64,000 nt of DNA from an uncultured Planctomycetota bacterium (GCA_963823665.1 CAWGMQ010000005.1:1024001-1088000); one strand, 5' to 3'; numbered from the stretch's first letter, positions 1 through 11,117 are shown. The notes: generated by a model from the letters alone, not told the origin. Program-made: numbers and translations.

Positions 1-849
1 CGAGTCGTGCAGAAGAGCCGCGAAGGCCAGTGTGAAGCTGGGCTCGCTCGGGAGCAGGTCGAGTACGAGCATGGTGTGGTCCCAGAGGTCACCCTCCGGC
101 TGGGCCGGTTTGCCCTGGAACAACCCTTTCATGGGCAGGAGCGGCGGGAGCACCGCAGCGACCAAACCGGTCTGGAGCGCCAGGTTCATGGCACGCACCC
201 GGCTGGAATGGACGAGCATCCTGCGCAGCTCCTGGGCAATTCGCTCGGCGGAGACGGTCTTGACCTGGCGGGAAATGGCCCGGAGCGCCGCGCGGGTTGC
301 CGGCTCGATCTCGAGCCCGAACCGCGCCGCCAGGCGGATAGCGCGCAGGCAGCGCAGCTTGTCTTCGCGCAACCGCGCCGCCGGGTCGCCGATGGCGCGG
401 AGGATGTGCCTTTCCAGGTCAGCCCGGCCGCCGACGTAGTCGATCACCTCGCCGGAGACTGGATCCATGAACATGCCGTTGATTGTGAAGTCGCGGCGGG
501 CGGCATCGAGCTCAGGCGAGCCGAAGACGACCGATTGCGGACGGCGGCCGTCAACGTAGGCACCATCACTGCGGAAGGTCGCGACCTCGACTTCGACGCT
601 GCCGCCCGGGCGATGGTGGTCGTGAACGCGAACGACGCCGAATGAGAGCCCGACGGTGATTGCGCGAAACGGCAGCGTGGCCATGACCTGTTCGGGGGTT
701 GCCGAAGTAGCGACGTCATAGTCGGCGGGGGTTTCACCCAGGATCAAGTCGCGAACGCAGCCGCCGGCCCAGAGCGCGGTGTAACCGGCCTGCCGCAAGC
801 GGCAGACGATCTCCAGCGCAAACTCAGGGGATGGCGGCGTCTCACTCAT
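1..849 (-). CDS. cca: CCA tRNA nucleotidyltransferase / poly(A) polymerase family, runs off the window start
   Basis: Not in the ORF track. Hand translation from ATG 849 gives MSETPPSPEFALEIVCRLRQAGYTALWAGGCVRDLILGETPADYDVATSATPEQV, containing the class II NTase GGCVRD and DYDVAT motifs. Start overlaps the rsmD stop. Confidence 0.9.
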   Translation of the reverse strand, partial: MSETPPSPEFALEIVCRLRQAGYTALWAGGCVRDLILGETPADYDVATSATPEQVMATLPFRAITVGLSFGVVRVHDHHRPGGSVEVEVATFRSDGAYVDGRRPQSVVFGSPELDAARRDFTINGMFMDPVSGEVIDYVGGRADLERHILRAIGDPAARLREDKLRCLRAIRLAARFGLEIEPATRAALRAISRQVKTVSAERIAQELRRMLVHSSRVRAMNLALQTGLVAAVLPPLLPMKGLFQGKPAQPEGDLWDHTMLVLDLLPSEPSFTLAFAALLHDS

Positions 850-1570
850 TCGGGGTTTCCTCAGGGGGACCCTCACCCGGGCCCTCTCCCGGGGGGAGAG
901 GGAGCAGATCAGGGGAGCCCTCTCGCAGGGGGATAGCGTGGGGATCAGAGGGACCCTCACCCGGGCCCTCTCCCGGAGGGAGAGGGAGCGGAGCAGGTTC
1001 TGCGGGGCGGTCGGGGATCACCTTGATCGCGATGCGGGTATCGCCGTAGCGCCTGATATCCCAGCTCGGCAAATCGGGCAAAATGGTTTCGTCGAGAATG
1101 CGGCCGGCTTCGAGCGCGATCACCGAGGCGGACGGCAAATGATCGACAAGGTGGGCGATCATCTGGTTCAGGCGCGGGGCATGCATCTCATATTCACGAT
1201 AGGGAGGATCGATGAAAACGGCGACGGGCCGCTCGACGGGGGGCTGGAACGAGCGGACCCAGCGATAGACGTCCGACAGTTTGACCTGCGCGCGGTCCTC
1301 GTAGCGGAGAGTGGCGATGTTGCGAATGATGAGCGAGACATTTTCGCGATCGCGCTCGACGAAGATGGCGCGTTCCGCCCCGCGGCTGAGGGCTTCCAGA
1401 CCGATGGCTCCTGTGCCGGCGAAGAGGTCGATGACCAGGCGGTCGACGACGAGCTCGCGGACGATGTTGAACAGGGACTCACGGACCAGGTCGCTCGTCG
1501 GCCGCGTGGCGGCCGAGGCGCGAGGACCGTCGATCTTGTGACCGCGCCGCTGTCCGGCGATGATCCGCAT
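842..1570 (-). CDS. rsmD: 16S rRNA m2G966 methyltransferase RsmD with a repeat-derived C-terminal tail
   Basis: Motifs MRIIAG, TRPTSDLVRESLFN, DLFAGTGAIGLEALSRGA and FIDPPY. Confidence 0.93.
   Translation of the reverse strand: MRIIAGQRRGHKIDGPRASAATRPTSDLVRESLFNIVRELVVDRLVIDLFAGTGAIGLEALSRGAERAIFVERDRENVSLIIRNIATLRYEDRAQVKLSDVYRWVRSFQPPVERPVAVFIDPPYREYEMHAPRLNQMIAHLVDHLPSASVIALEAGRILDETILPDLPSWDIRRYGDTRIAIKVIPDRPAEPAPLPLPPGEGPGEGPSDPHAIPLREGSPDLLPLPPGEGPGEGPPEETPNE
870..986. repeat. Two REP-like palindromes CCCTCACCCGGGCCCTCTCCC-N3-GGGAGAGGG (870-902, 954-986) inside the rsmD 3' end
   Basis: CCCTCTCCC/GGGAGAGGG hairpin. Related copies at about 44446-44470 and 44712-44745. Confidence 0.85.
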
Positions 1571-1886
1571 GGATGGGAGGCTCCGTGATGGTCATAAGCT
1601 GGTCGCCTTACCGGCCGGCCAGGTTCCACTCGCGTCGCTCGTGACCGCCCTTCGATCTTACCAGGCCGGAACCCTCGGCGAAGCACCAGTTACCCGCGAG
1701 CGGTTTACACAGCGAGCCGGTTGTTCAACTCCTTTGGTAGAGCGATGATAGGGGCGTTCAGGGCGCAATCACGCCCCGCTCCTGATTCAATCAAGTCATA
1801 CGCCGCAAATTTGAGGTCGAGAAAATCGCTGTGGCGGCGCGCCCCGTAACAGGGCCGATGGTGGCTAGGCTGTGAGGAGGACTGTC

Positions 1887-2305
1887 GTGGCCCAAGCGAT
1901 CGATTCCGCAGCCCTTATGCCGGAACGATTTCGCAGCTATCTGCGGATGCTGGCCGAGCTTGAGCTTGGCCACAGCGGTCGGGCCAAGATCGACCCATCG
2001 GACATCGTGCAACAGACCTTGCTCGACGCCCACCGCGACCGAGGCCAGTTTCGGGGAAAAGCGAAGCCGAGATGGCAGCCTGGCTCCGTCGTCTTCTGGC
2101 CTGCAACCTGGCTGATGCCGTGCGGTTAATCGGTCGCGCCAAGCGCGATGCGGCACGGGAACGATCTCTTGAGGCGGCAATCGAAGCCTCATCGGCTCGG
2201 CTGGAGGCGTGGCTCGCGGCGGAGCAGTCTTCGCCATCGGAGCTAGCCGAGCGGAACGAGGCGATCCTAAGTCTGGTGGATGCCCTGGCCCGTCTACCCG
2301 AAGCC
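1887..2305 (+). pseudogene. Planctomycete-type ECF sigma-70 factor, frameshifted and lacking most of region 4
   Basis: [35 protein letters not shown], then a frame change near 2060 to [41 protein letters not shown], after which similarity ends. Confidence 0.8.
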
Positions 2306-2941
2306 AACTTGCTCTCGTCGATGCACGGGTCACACTCGGAACGATCGAGCGGCACGCCGGCAACGCTGCTGCCGCCCGCCGGACGTTCGCGGGCGGGTTC
2401 GACGACCTGCGCAAGCTCACGACTGATCCCGACGCAGATGCGCTGGTCTCACGCGCAAAGCTCCTACTCTCGCCCTATAATCCCGCTGTTGGGCCACCAC
2501 CTTCGTCAAACAATCGCCGCCTCGATCACTGATCGGGAGGCGACGGCTCGCGCGAGCGAAAAGCGACACCTGTGGGTGTGGATCGGAGATCCGACGTAGC
2601 CTTCCGTCGCCACGGAAAAACGCTCTTTCGCGGGGTGCAAGACGAAACTCGTGGCCGCGTCGAACCCGTGCTCGCCGGCGAGCGCTTCGACCAGGCCGAC
2701 CATAGCTAACTCGAAAGTTTATGTTTATCATGGCCGCGAGCCGACCGGTGACCGCTGTGAGAGCAGTCACTGGCTTCTTGCTGATCCCGGACAGAGATGA
2801 AGCACTGGCCACTGCCAAGCCAAGGCCAATCGTGCAAAACTGTGAGCGGTCGGCACACGGAGTGTGCCTGCTACACCGGAGCACATGCCACCCACGCAGA
2901 ATGTTTTGATCCACCACCAGACCTGATCGGGAAACAACGCG

Positions 2942-5202
2942 ATGAGATTGTGCAGCTTCCGATTCGTGCATCGATCCCTCGGCGCTTTTGGTGTGGCAGC
3001 CCTGGTGCTGGCGATCGGGGCGTTTTGCGGCACCGCGCCGGGACAGGACGGCGCCAGGCCGCCGGAGGGGAAAGCTCAGCCCGACGCGGCGCCGGCCAAG
3101 AGCAAGGACGGTGCGCCGAAGAAGGAAGACGCGAAATCCGCGCCAGTCAAGCTTGGATTGGTGATCAACGAACCGAAGGCATTGCAGGGGTACACGTTGA
3201 TTTCCCCGTTTGATTCATCGCAAGCTTTTCTTTTCGACATGGAAGGGAGAGTCGTGCGCTCGTGGGAGACCGGCTGCGGCCCGGCGCTCTCGGCGTTCCT
3301 CCTCGATAACGGCCACTTGATGCGTCCGGGCTCGATCGGCGGCGACGCCCGAGTCTTTGGACCCGGGCCTGGTGTCGGCGGGCGGATTCAAGAGTTCACG
3401 TGGGAAGGAGAGCTGGCCTGGGATTTCAAGTTTTACAACGCCAAGCAACTTCCTCACCACAACATAACGCTATTACCGAATGGGAACGTGCTCTTGATCG
3501 TGTGGGACCGCAAGACCGCCGAGGAGGCGATTGCCGCCGGCCGCCGGCCGGAGATGACCGGCGACCGTCACTTGCTGGTGGACTCGCTCGTCGAGATCAA
3601 GCCGACCGGAAAGACGAGCGGGGAAGTCGTATGGGAATGGCACCTCTGGGATCACCTGGTCCAGGACTTAGACCAGGGCAAGCCGAACTTTGGCAATGTC
3701 GCCGCGCATCCGGAGCTTGTGAACCTCAACTACGGGGAAGACGATCTTCCCTCCGTGATCGCCGCCCGGGAGGCGAAAGAAAAAGGTAAGATCAAAGCAG
3801 ATGGCAAGGCTGCTGCCAAGGCAGGCGCCAGCCCCACGGCAAACCGGCCGCCCCGAATCAATCCGGATTACACGCACTTCAACGGCGTGGCCTATAATCC
3901 GGATCTCGATCAAATCGCGGTGAGCGTCTGGACCTTCAGCGAGTTCTGGATCATCGATCACAGCACGACGACCGCCCTAGCCGCGGGGCATGCCGGCGGC
4001 CGCAGTGGAAAGGGGGGCGATGTTCTCTACCGATGGGGCAACCCGCGGACCTATCGCGCCGGCACGAAGGAGGACCGAAAGCTCTTTTCGCAGCATAACG
4101 CACACTGGATTCCCAACGGTTGTCCCGGCGCGGGCCACCTGCTCTTGTTCAACAACGGGCCCGAGCGGCCGGGTGGGGTTTATTCATCGGTCGACGAGCT
4201 GGTGCTCCCGGCGGATTCGCGGGGGCGATACACCCTCGAGCCCGGCAAGGGATACGGGCCGCCCGGGCCAGTGTGGAGCTACACCGCGCCGAACAAGCGA
4301 GACTTCTACTCGTCGTTCATTTCCGGGCGCAGCGGCTCTCGAACGGCAACACGCTCATCTGTTCGGGCGCGAACGGCACCATCTTCGAAGTGACACCGGA
4401 AAAGACGATCGTCTGGAAATATGTCAATCCCGTCAAGTTCGATAAGCCGATCGAGCCGCCGCCCAATCCGGGTGAGATCATGGCGCCCATCGCCGGCGAA
4501 ATGCTGGGGATCTCCGCCGTCCAGCGCAAGCAGCTCGACGAGATCCAGAAAGACATCGACGCCCACCTGGACAAGCTGCTGACAGCCGATCAAAAGAAGC
4601 AATCTGCTCAATGGCCGCAGGACCCAGGCGCCAATGGGTTTTATCCGTGGTCGCAGCCCGGCCAGGTGATGGCCAGCCCCGACCAGAGCCGCCTGAAGAT
4701 GACGGATCAGCAGAAGAAAGACGTGCTCGCGCTTCAGAAGGCGATTGACGTCCGTTTCGACAGAGTGCTGACCGCGGCACAAAAGAACCAGATCAAGAGC
4801 GTCTTCGCTCCACAGGGCGCCCCGCCGGGGGGCCCGGGGCCAGGCCAGGGCCCCGCTGATCCTCAGCAGCCGGGCAAGATCTTCTCCGCGGCGCAACAGA
4901 CCACGCTCAAGCTCACCGACGCGCAGAAGAAACGTCTGGAAGAGATTCAGAAAGAGGTCGACGCGCGGCTGGAGACGCTGCTCACGGAGGACCAGAAACA
5001 GCAGCTCGTTTCGATGCAGCGCGGGGCCGGGGGCGGCGGTCCGTTCCAGAACGGCCCGCAAGGGGGACGGCCGATTTTCCGCGCGGTGCGTTATGCAAAA
5101 GACTTCCCCGGATTCGCGGGCAAGGACCTGAAACCCGGGAAGTCGCTCGAGGAGATGTTCCGCGACGATCCGGCAAAGAAGCAGGCCTCAAAGAAACAGT
5201 AA
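2942..5202 (+). CDS. Secreted aryl-sulfate sulfotransferase (ASST) family protein, 1-nt frameshift near 4325
   Basis: Signal peptide and motifs PHH, THFNGV, YRWGNP, QHNAHW. YSSFISG continues as AQRLSNGNTLI in the next frame. Confidence 0.8.
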
Positions 5203-5478
5203 ACCGCCAAGGAACGGGTCGGAAACAAGCTCGGCCGATTTACGTCAAGCGCGCCGCGGAGCGGGACACCGTTCCGACGCGGAGCGCCCTGACGAGGGCT
5301 TTCCTTCGTGGTAGGGTTGATACCCAAATCGGGAAGTTAATGCCGACCTGTTCCATAATGTACCTCATGACTCCGAATTACCTCCTGAGCGCCTGGTTCC
5401 GCTCGAATCAGGCCCAATAACGGATCAATCTCTGGCCACGGTTACGCCCGGCCCGTTCGACTGCCGAGGAGCCACGCC

Positions 5479-7404
5479 ATGGCAGGTGCCGACCATGATC
5501 TTCTGTTCGGGTTGATCGCGCTGCAAGTCGGGCTGATCGATCAGGCTCAGCTCGTCGCAGCGTTCCAGGCCTGGGCGTGCGACAAGACCCGGCCGCTGGC
5601 CGACCACCTGCGCGACCGGGGTAGCCTGGACGCCGACGGCCGAGCGGCGGTCGAGGCGATGGCGGCCGTGCACGTCAAGAAGCACGGCGGTGACGCCGAG
5701 CGAGGCTTGGCCGCGATCCCCGCCAGTCGCGGCGCAGGCGAGCAACTCGCTTCCCTGGGCGACCCCGAGCTGACGGTCACCATCGCAAAATTCGCGTCCG
5801 GATCGTCCGAACGACGTGCCGACGAGAGCACGAGCGACCGAGTCGGCATCGCGAAATCCGACGGACATCGTTTCCGAATCGTGCGACCCCACGCCACGGG
5901 GGGCCTGGGGGCCGTCTTCGTGGCGCTCGACGCCGAGCTGCACCGCGAGGTTGCCTTGAAGCAGATTCACGACTCTCACGCCGATGACCCCGACAGCCGC
6001 CATCGGTTCGTCATGGAGGCGGAGATCACGGGCGGGCTCGAGCATCCCGGGATCGTGCCGGTCTATGGTATGGGGACTTACGCCGACGGACGCCCCTATT
6101 ACGCCATGCGGTTCATTCGAGGCGAATCTCTGAAGGAGGCCATTGACCGCTTCCACAGTGACCCGGGGCTGAAGAAGGATTCTGGCCGCCGAGCGCTGGA
6201 ACTGCGCAAGCTCTTGCGGCGGTTCGTCGACGTCTGCAATGCCGTCGACTACGCGCATTCGCGGGGCGTCTTGCACCGCGACCTGAAGCCGAGCAACGTC
6301 GTCCTGGGCACGCACGGTGAGACGCTGGTGGTCGACTGGGGGCTGGCCAAGCCGCTCAGCCGGGTGGACCCGGGCACCCGCCTCGACGAGCGAACACTGG
6401 TGCCGAGCTCAGCGAGCGGCAGTTCCGAGACGCTGCCGGGCAGCGCGCTGGGCACTCCCGGCTACATGTGCCCCGAGGCGGCGCGCGGCGACCTCGAGCG
6501 CCTGGCGCCGCGCAGTGACGTCTACTCGATGGGCTGCACTCTGTATTGCTTGCTAACCGGCCAGCCGCCGTTCGACGGGAGCGACGTCAACGAGGTTCTC
6601 CGCAAGGTGAAATGGGGCGAATACACTGGACCGCGGCAGCTCAATCGCTGGATCGACCCGGCACTGGAGGCCGTCTGCATGAAAGCGATGGCGTTCATGC
6701 CGGAGGACCGTTATCAGTCGAGCCGGGCCCTGGCCGATGACATCGAGCGCTGGACAGCCGGCCAACCCGTCACCGCGTGGGTGGAGCCGTTACCTCGGCG
6801 GGTGCGGCGCTGGGCGCGCCGAGCGGCCACGGCCACGACAGTGGTCATGCTCGCGGGCTTGATCGCCCTGGCTGTCATGGCGCGTGCGCAGGCGCGGCAG
6901 ATCAACCAGCTCAGAAAGGCGAGCGCCGAAATCGAGGTCGCGCTCGACGAGTCGCGCGCGGCCACGCATCAGACCAGACTCGCTCTGGGAGAGGCCGAAG
7001 AATCTCGCGCGCGGGCCGAATCCGTCGGCAGGTTTTTGACCGATCTCTTCCGGCGCTCAGACCCGAAGCAAGATGGCCGCGAGCTGAGTGCGGCGAATTT
7101 ACTTGATCACGCGGCGCGTGAGCTTGCGAAGGAGGGCGGGGGCTCGAGCGCCACTCGGGGAGCTCTTGTCCTTGCCCTCGGTGAGACCTACCTGGGCCTC
7201 GGCATGTATGAGAAGGCCGAACCGTTGTTGCTCAAGGCCTATGAGGACATGAAGGCCGGCGAGACGGAGATCGCGTCTTCTTCCCAGAAACCTTCGGCCG
7301 GTGCCGGCGCGCGGATCGTCGCCCTTTACGACGCCTGGGGCGAGAAAGACAAAGCGGACGAATGGCGAAAGCGGCTGGTGGAATCCGCCGAGCCGAAGCG
7401 ATGA
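5479..7404 (+). CDS. Hanks-type Ser/Thr protein kinase with a TM helix and short TPR-like tail
   Basis: GGLGAV, VALK, HRDLKPSN, DWGLAK, GTPGYM, DVYSMG. Confidence 0.93.
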   Translation: MAGADHDLLFGLIALQVGLIDQAQLVAAFQAWACDKTRPLADHLRDRGSLDADGRAAVEAMAAVHVKKHGGDAERGLAAIPASRGAGEQLASLGDPELTVTIAKFASGSSERRADESTSDRVGIAKSDGHRFRIVRPHATGGLGAVFVALDAELHREVALKQIHDSHADDPDSRHRFVMEAEITGGLEHPGIVPVYGMGTYADGRPYYAMRFIRGESLKEAIDRFHSDPGLKKDSGRRALELRKLLRRFVDVCNAVDYAHSRGVLHRDLKPSNVVLGTHGETLVVDWGLAKPLSRVDPGTRLDERTLVPSSASGSSETLPGSALGTPGYMCPEAARGDLERLAPRSDVYSMGCTLYCLLTGQPPFDGSDVNEVLRKVKWGEYTGPRQLNRWIDPALEAVCMKAMAFMPEDRYQSSRALADDIERWTAGQPVTAWVEPLPRRVRRWARRAATATTVVMLAGLIALAVMARAQARQINQLRKASAEIEVALDESRAATHQTRLALGEAEESRARAESVGRFLTDLFRRSDPKQDGRELSAANLLDHAARELAKEGGGSSATRGALVLALGETYLGLGMYEKAEPLLLKAYEDMKAGETEIASSSQKPSAGAGARIVALYDAWGEKDKADEWRKRLVESAEPKR

Positions 7405-7484
7405 TGGGAACGGTCGGACTTGAGGTGTTCGAGCCGGGCTTCGTGAGCGTCGTTGGAGTTTCGAGGTCGGCTCAGGAACCGAAC

Positions 7485-8042
7485 CTATTCGGAGATCGCT
7501 CGGATGACTCGGCAGGGATTGCCGGCCGCCAAGACGCTCTCGGGGATGTCGCGCGTGACCACGCTGCCGGCACCGATGACCGAACGCGAGCCGACCCGAA
7601 CGCCCGGACAGAGAATCGCCCCCCCGCCGACCCACACGTCGGAGCCAATCTCAATCGGCTTGGCGAACTCCTGGTGCCGCCGCAGCTCGGCGTTCATCGG
7701 ATGCGTTGCCGTGTAGATCTGGACCGCCGGGCCGAACTGGGTGTAATCGCCGATTCGCACCTGGCACACGTCGAGCACAACACAGTTGAAGTTGAAGAAC
7801 ACCCGCTCCCCGAGCAGGATGTTCGAGCCGTAGTCGCAGAAGAACGGCGGCTGCATCCAGACGCTCTCCCCCCCGGCTCCGAACAGCTCTCGCAAGATCC
7901 GTCGCCGCTCAGCTTGCTGCGCCTCGCGGGTCGCGTTCAGGTCCTGGCAGAGGTTCCGAGCCCGTTCACGGGCTGCGACGAGCTCCGGATCCATGGGGTC
8001 GTACAGCTCCCCGGCCAGCATCTTGTCTCGTTCGCTTCGCAT
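7485..8042 (-). CDS. maa: Sugar (maltose-type) O-acetyltransferase
   Basis: KMLAGELYDP, PPFFCDYGSNI, hexapeptide repeats, GNPCRVIR. Start taken as ATG 8042. Confidence 0.9.
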   Translation of the reverse strand: MRSERDKMLAGELYDPMDPELVAARERARNLCQDLNATREAQQAERRRILRELFGAGGESVWMQPPFFCDYGSNILLGERVFFNFNCVVLDVCQVRIGDYTQFGPAVQIYTATHPMNAELRRHQEFAKPIEIGSDVWVGGGAILCPGVRVGSRSVIGAGSVVTRDIPESVLAAGNPCRVIRAISE

Positions 8043-8079
8043 TGGATGTTCTCCCGAGTGGGCTGCGCTTGCCGCCTCG

Positions 8080-8880
8080 TCATTTTGAAGTCCCGATCGC
8101 CGCAGTCCAGTGCGCCACTTCTTCGGCAGACATCGGCCCCGTCGGTTTGAGCCGGGCGTCGTGGTAGCCCCAGATGCCAATGTCCGGCAGATATTGCTCA
8201 CGCGAGAGCAAAGTCCCGAAACATGTTTGCCCATCCGGCCACGGACTCTCGATCTCATCAACCAGGCGTCTCGAAAACTTCGCGACAACCCATCCCGGAA
8301 TCTTCGAACGCTCTGCGGGGTAGATAAACCCAAATGTCACAATGTGACAGAAGAGCACGCGCCAGTGATCTCCAAAACGGCGCAGCAGCCGCGGCCAGTC
8401 CATCGCCTCACCGCGGCAGCGGATCAAGTGCGCGATGTCCGCTCCGTCAAATCGCTCCCGCTCCTGCACGTAAGCCTTGGACCAGATCATCTCCTCGGCC
8501 GGGGATAGTTTGACCGGCACGCCCAGGATTTCGCCCTCCGAGGCATGCGCAAACCAGTCTTCATCAACTTCAACGACCCCATTCCCCGAACTGTAGATCA
8601 CGTCAACGAAAGCGTCGTCGCCGAACGCCTTCGCCAGCCAGTGCGGAAAAGTCACCTCTGTGCGATACCCCGCCTCCTGGAGAGTCGTCAAGATCGCATC
8701 GCGATCCCGGCGATGCACGAAGATGTCCAGATCCTTGGTGTGCCTCTCGATCGCCGCATGCTTCCCCAGCGCATAGGCGCCCCCGACAAGATACGGTACG
8801 CCCGCCTCGTTGAGCACCGCGAGCGTCCTCACGTAAAACACGCGCGTCTTCGGATCCGGCCTCACCGGTGCCAGTTCCAT
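8080..8880 (-). CDS. Nucleotidyltransferase-family protein of unknown function
   Basis: Pol-beta-like motif LVGGAYAL..HTKDLDIF; ERERFDGADIAHL. Confidence 0.8.
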   Translation of the reverse strand: MELAPVRPDPKTRVFYVRTLAVLNEAGVPYLVGGAYALGKHAAIERHTKDLDIFVHRRDRDAILTTLQEAGYRTEVTFPHWLAKAFGDDAFVDVIYSSGNGVVEVDEDWFAHASEGEILGVPVKLSPAEEMIWSKAYVQERERFDGADIAHLIRCRGEAMDWPRLLRRFGDHWRVLFCHIVTFGFIYPAERSKIPGWVVAKFSRRLVDEIESPWPDGQTCFGTLLSREQYLPDIGIWGYHDARLKPTGPMSAEEVAHWTAAIGTSK

Positions 8881-9024
8881 AATTACCCTCTCTTGATTTA
8901 CATTCACGTGCATGGCGTTAACAGTCGCAAAGCCGATGCCATTTCGGGCACGGAAATTGCGAACGAAATCAGAATCGGTGCTGGGGTGCGCGGGGCAGGG
9001 TCGACTGGCAAGCGGGGGAAGTTC

Positions 9025-9783
9025 ATGCCGGATCGCGAATCATTACTGAGAGTCGCCGCCTTGGGCGATCTCCATTGCAACAAGAACTCCCGAGGGACGA
9101 TCCGTCCGCTGTTCGAGAATTCCGACAGGTTTGCCGACGTTCTTGTTCTTTGCGGCGATCTTACCGACTATGGCCTGCCGGAGGAGGCGAGGCTGCTCGT
9201 CGACGAGCTTGCGATTGTGGCCAAGTTGCCAATCGTCGCGGTACTCGGAAACCATGACTTTGAATCCGGCCGCGAAGACGAGGTCAGCCGCATTCTGGTG
9301 GACTCCGGGATCACGTTGCTTGATGGTGACGCCGTCGAGATCCGGGGTGTCGGGTTCGCCGGCGCCCGGGGATTTGCGGGCGGCTTCGGCCGCGGCACGT
9401 TGGGCGCGTGGGGTGAGAAAACAGTCAAGGCGTTCGTCCAGGAGGCGATGGACGAATCACTCAAGCTCGAGTCTGCACTCGCGAGGTTGCGCACGCCGAG
9501 CCGAATCGCCGTGCTCCACTACGCCCCGATCCGCGCCACGGTCGAAAACGAGCCGCCAGAGATCTTTCCCTTTCTGGGCTGCGGCCGTCTCGAAGAACCT
9601 CTCAATCGTTATCCGGTCACGGCCGCTGTGCACGGTCATGCCCACAACGGCAGCCCGGAAGGCCGCACCTCCGCGGGCGTCCCCGTCTACAATGTCGCAC
9701 TCCCCCTCCTGCGCCGACTTCACCCTGATAAGCCGCCGTTCCTGGTGCTCGAGCTGCCCGTCGCGCCGGCGCACGATTCGTAG
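9025..9783 (+). CDS. Calcineurin-like metallophosphoesterase
   Basis: GDLH, GDLTD, GNHD, HGHAH motifs. Start taken as ATG 9025. Confidence 0.9.
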   Translation: MPDRESLLRVAALGDLHCNKNSRGTIRPLFENSDRFADVLVLCGDLTDYGLPEEARLLVDELAIVAKLPIVAVLGNHDFESGREDEVSRILVDSGITLLDGDAVEIRGVGFAGARGFAGGFGRGTLGAWGEKTVKAFVQEAMDESLKLESALARLRTPSRIAVLHYAPIRATVENEPPEIFPFLGCGRLEEPLNRYPVTAAVHGHAHNGSPEGRTSAGVPVYNVALPLLRRLHPDKPPFLVLELPVAPAHDS

Positions 9784-9873
9784 CCGTGACCCCGCTGACA
9801 CTTGAAGTATGAACGGTGGGGTGTCGTCTGGTAGAATACGACTGACGACCACGAATCTTCTGGAGCTTTGGGA

Positions 9874-10134
9874 ATGTCTTCGATCACTCTTCAGGAAGCG
9901 CAGAGTACGCTGGCGGAGCTGGTCCATCGACTGGCTCCGGGCGAAGGCGTAACGATCACCGAGAATGATCGGCCCGTCGCCCGTCTGATCGCGCCGCTGG
10001 TCGCGACCGCTCGTCCGCCCCGGCCGCGGCCGCCCGTGACCGGGGTACCGAAAGCGGGAAGTTGTGAGGGCCTGTTCGTCGTCCCGGATGACTTCAAGGA
10101 GCCGCTGGAGGAAATGCGGGAATACATGGAATGA
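9874..10134 (+). CDS. Phd/YefM-like antitoxin
   Basis: ITLQEAQSTLAELV..GEGVTITENDRPVARL..VPDDFKEPL. ATGA overlap with the PIN toxin gene. Confidence 0.85.
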   Translation: MSSITLQEAQSTLAELVHRLAPGEGVTITENDRPVARLIAPLVATARPPRPRPPVTGVPKAGSCEGLFVVPDDFKEPLEEMREYME

Positions 10135-10517
10135 GCCTGTTGCTCGACACTTGCGCGCTGCTGTGGTTCCTCTCCAACGACCGCAAATTGAGTGCGACGG
10201 CGCGTGCTGCAATCGAGCAGCCTTCCAACACCCGCTGGCTTTCGCCCGCCAGCCTTTTTGAAATCGCCATCAAGGTGCGGATCGGCAGACTATCGCTCGC
10301 GGCGCCGTTCGGCTCGCTGTTCCCTGCCAAGTTATCGGCGGCCGACATCCACTTGCTCCCGGTCGAACCGTCACACATCGAGCCATTGACGGTCCTGCCC
10401 CTTCACCACAAGGACCCATTCGACCGTCTGATTGCGGCAACGGCGCTGGTCGAAGGATTCACACTGGTCTCCGCGGACTCGGCATTTGACGCATACGGGG
10501 TGTCGCGGCTCTGGTGA
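10131..10517 (+). CDS. vapC: VapC PIN-domain toxin
   Basis: LLDTCALLW, SLFEIAIK, HKDPFDRLIAA, LVSAD. Confidence 0.92.
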   Translation: MSLLLDTCALLWFLSNDRKLSATARAAIEQPSNTRWLSPASLFEIAIKVRIGRLSLAAPFGSLFPAKLSAADIHLLPVEPSHIEPLTVLPLHHKDPFDRLIAATALVEGFTLVSADSAFDAYGVSRLW

Positions 10518-10557
10518 TCGCCGCGGGCCGATGCAAAAGCTCCGATCGTGGACATGT

Positions 10558-10605
10558 GACGCGGAGCGTCAGGGAGGACATTCCCACGCAGAGCGTGGGA
10601 ACGAG
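10558..10605. repeat. REP-like palindromic element (GACGCGGAGCGTC ... TTCCCACGCAGAGCGTGGGAACGAG)
   Basis: Two short hairpins. Partial relatives near 57306-57326 and 61472-61492. Confidence 0.6.
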
Positions 10606-10617
10606 GAAGAGCGGCTT

Positions 10618-10960
10618 TCAATAGCCCATGCCCAGCTCCTGGGCGTCTGCCGTCAGTTCGTCGGCGACCCGAAGGCGTTCTTCGTCATCCATGCGGTCAC
10701 GACGCGCTTCCAGGCCACGCTCGACCGCCTGTTTCAGCTCGGCCTCGGTGATTTGAAAGGCATCGACCTTTGCTTGCCGAGCGCGAGTAGAAAGCGCGTC
10801 CGTAAAGGCCGGCGATTTCCGCGGCTCGCCCTTGTGAGACAATTCCTTGGGAATACCACTGGACTGCCGCCGCCAGGCGCAGATCACGGGCGAGTTCTTC
10901 ATCCGAGCTGCCGCTGGGCCCGACCAGGTCGTCGGGAACTTTGAGGGCGATTGCCTTCAT
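10618..10960 (-). pseudogene. UPF0175-family antitoxin-like gene, frameshifted, no toxin partner
   Basis: LRLAAAVQWYSQGIVSQGRAAEIAGL resembles the protein at 33533-33799. Frame change near 10790. Confidence 0.7.
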
Positions 10961-11117
10961 GGAGAATCCTCCGGTCATTGACAAATCATCTCCACTGTAC
11001 GCGTATGCGCGACAGGAGGACGAGGGTAAATCGGTTTCTGTCGATCTGCCTCGGTGGATCGACTCAGATCGCGTAGAATGGACCCTCGGAGGCTACATCG
11101 GGACGAAACGATTCACC

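Noticed and set aside
7..737. ORF-track ORFs at the window start
   Set aside because: Shadows of the cca gene, whose frame runs off the window and is therefore absent from the track.
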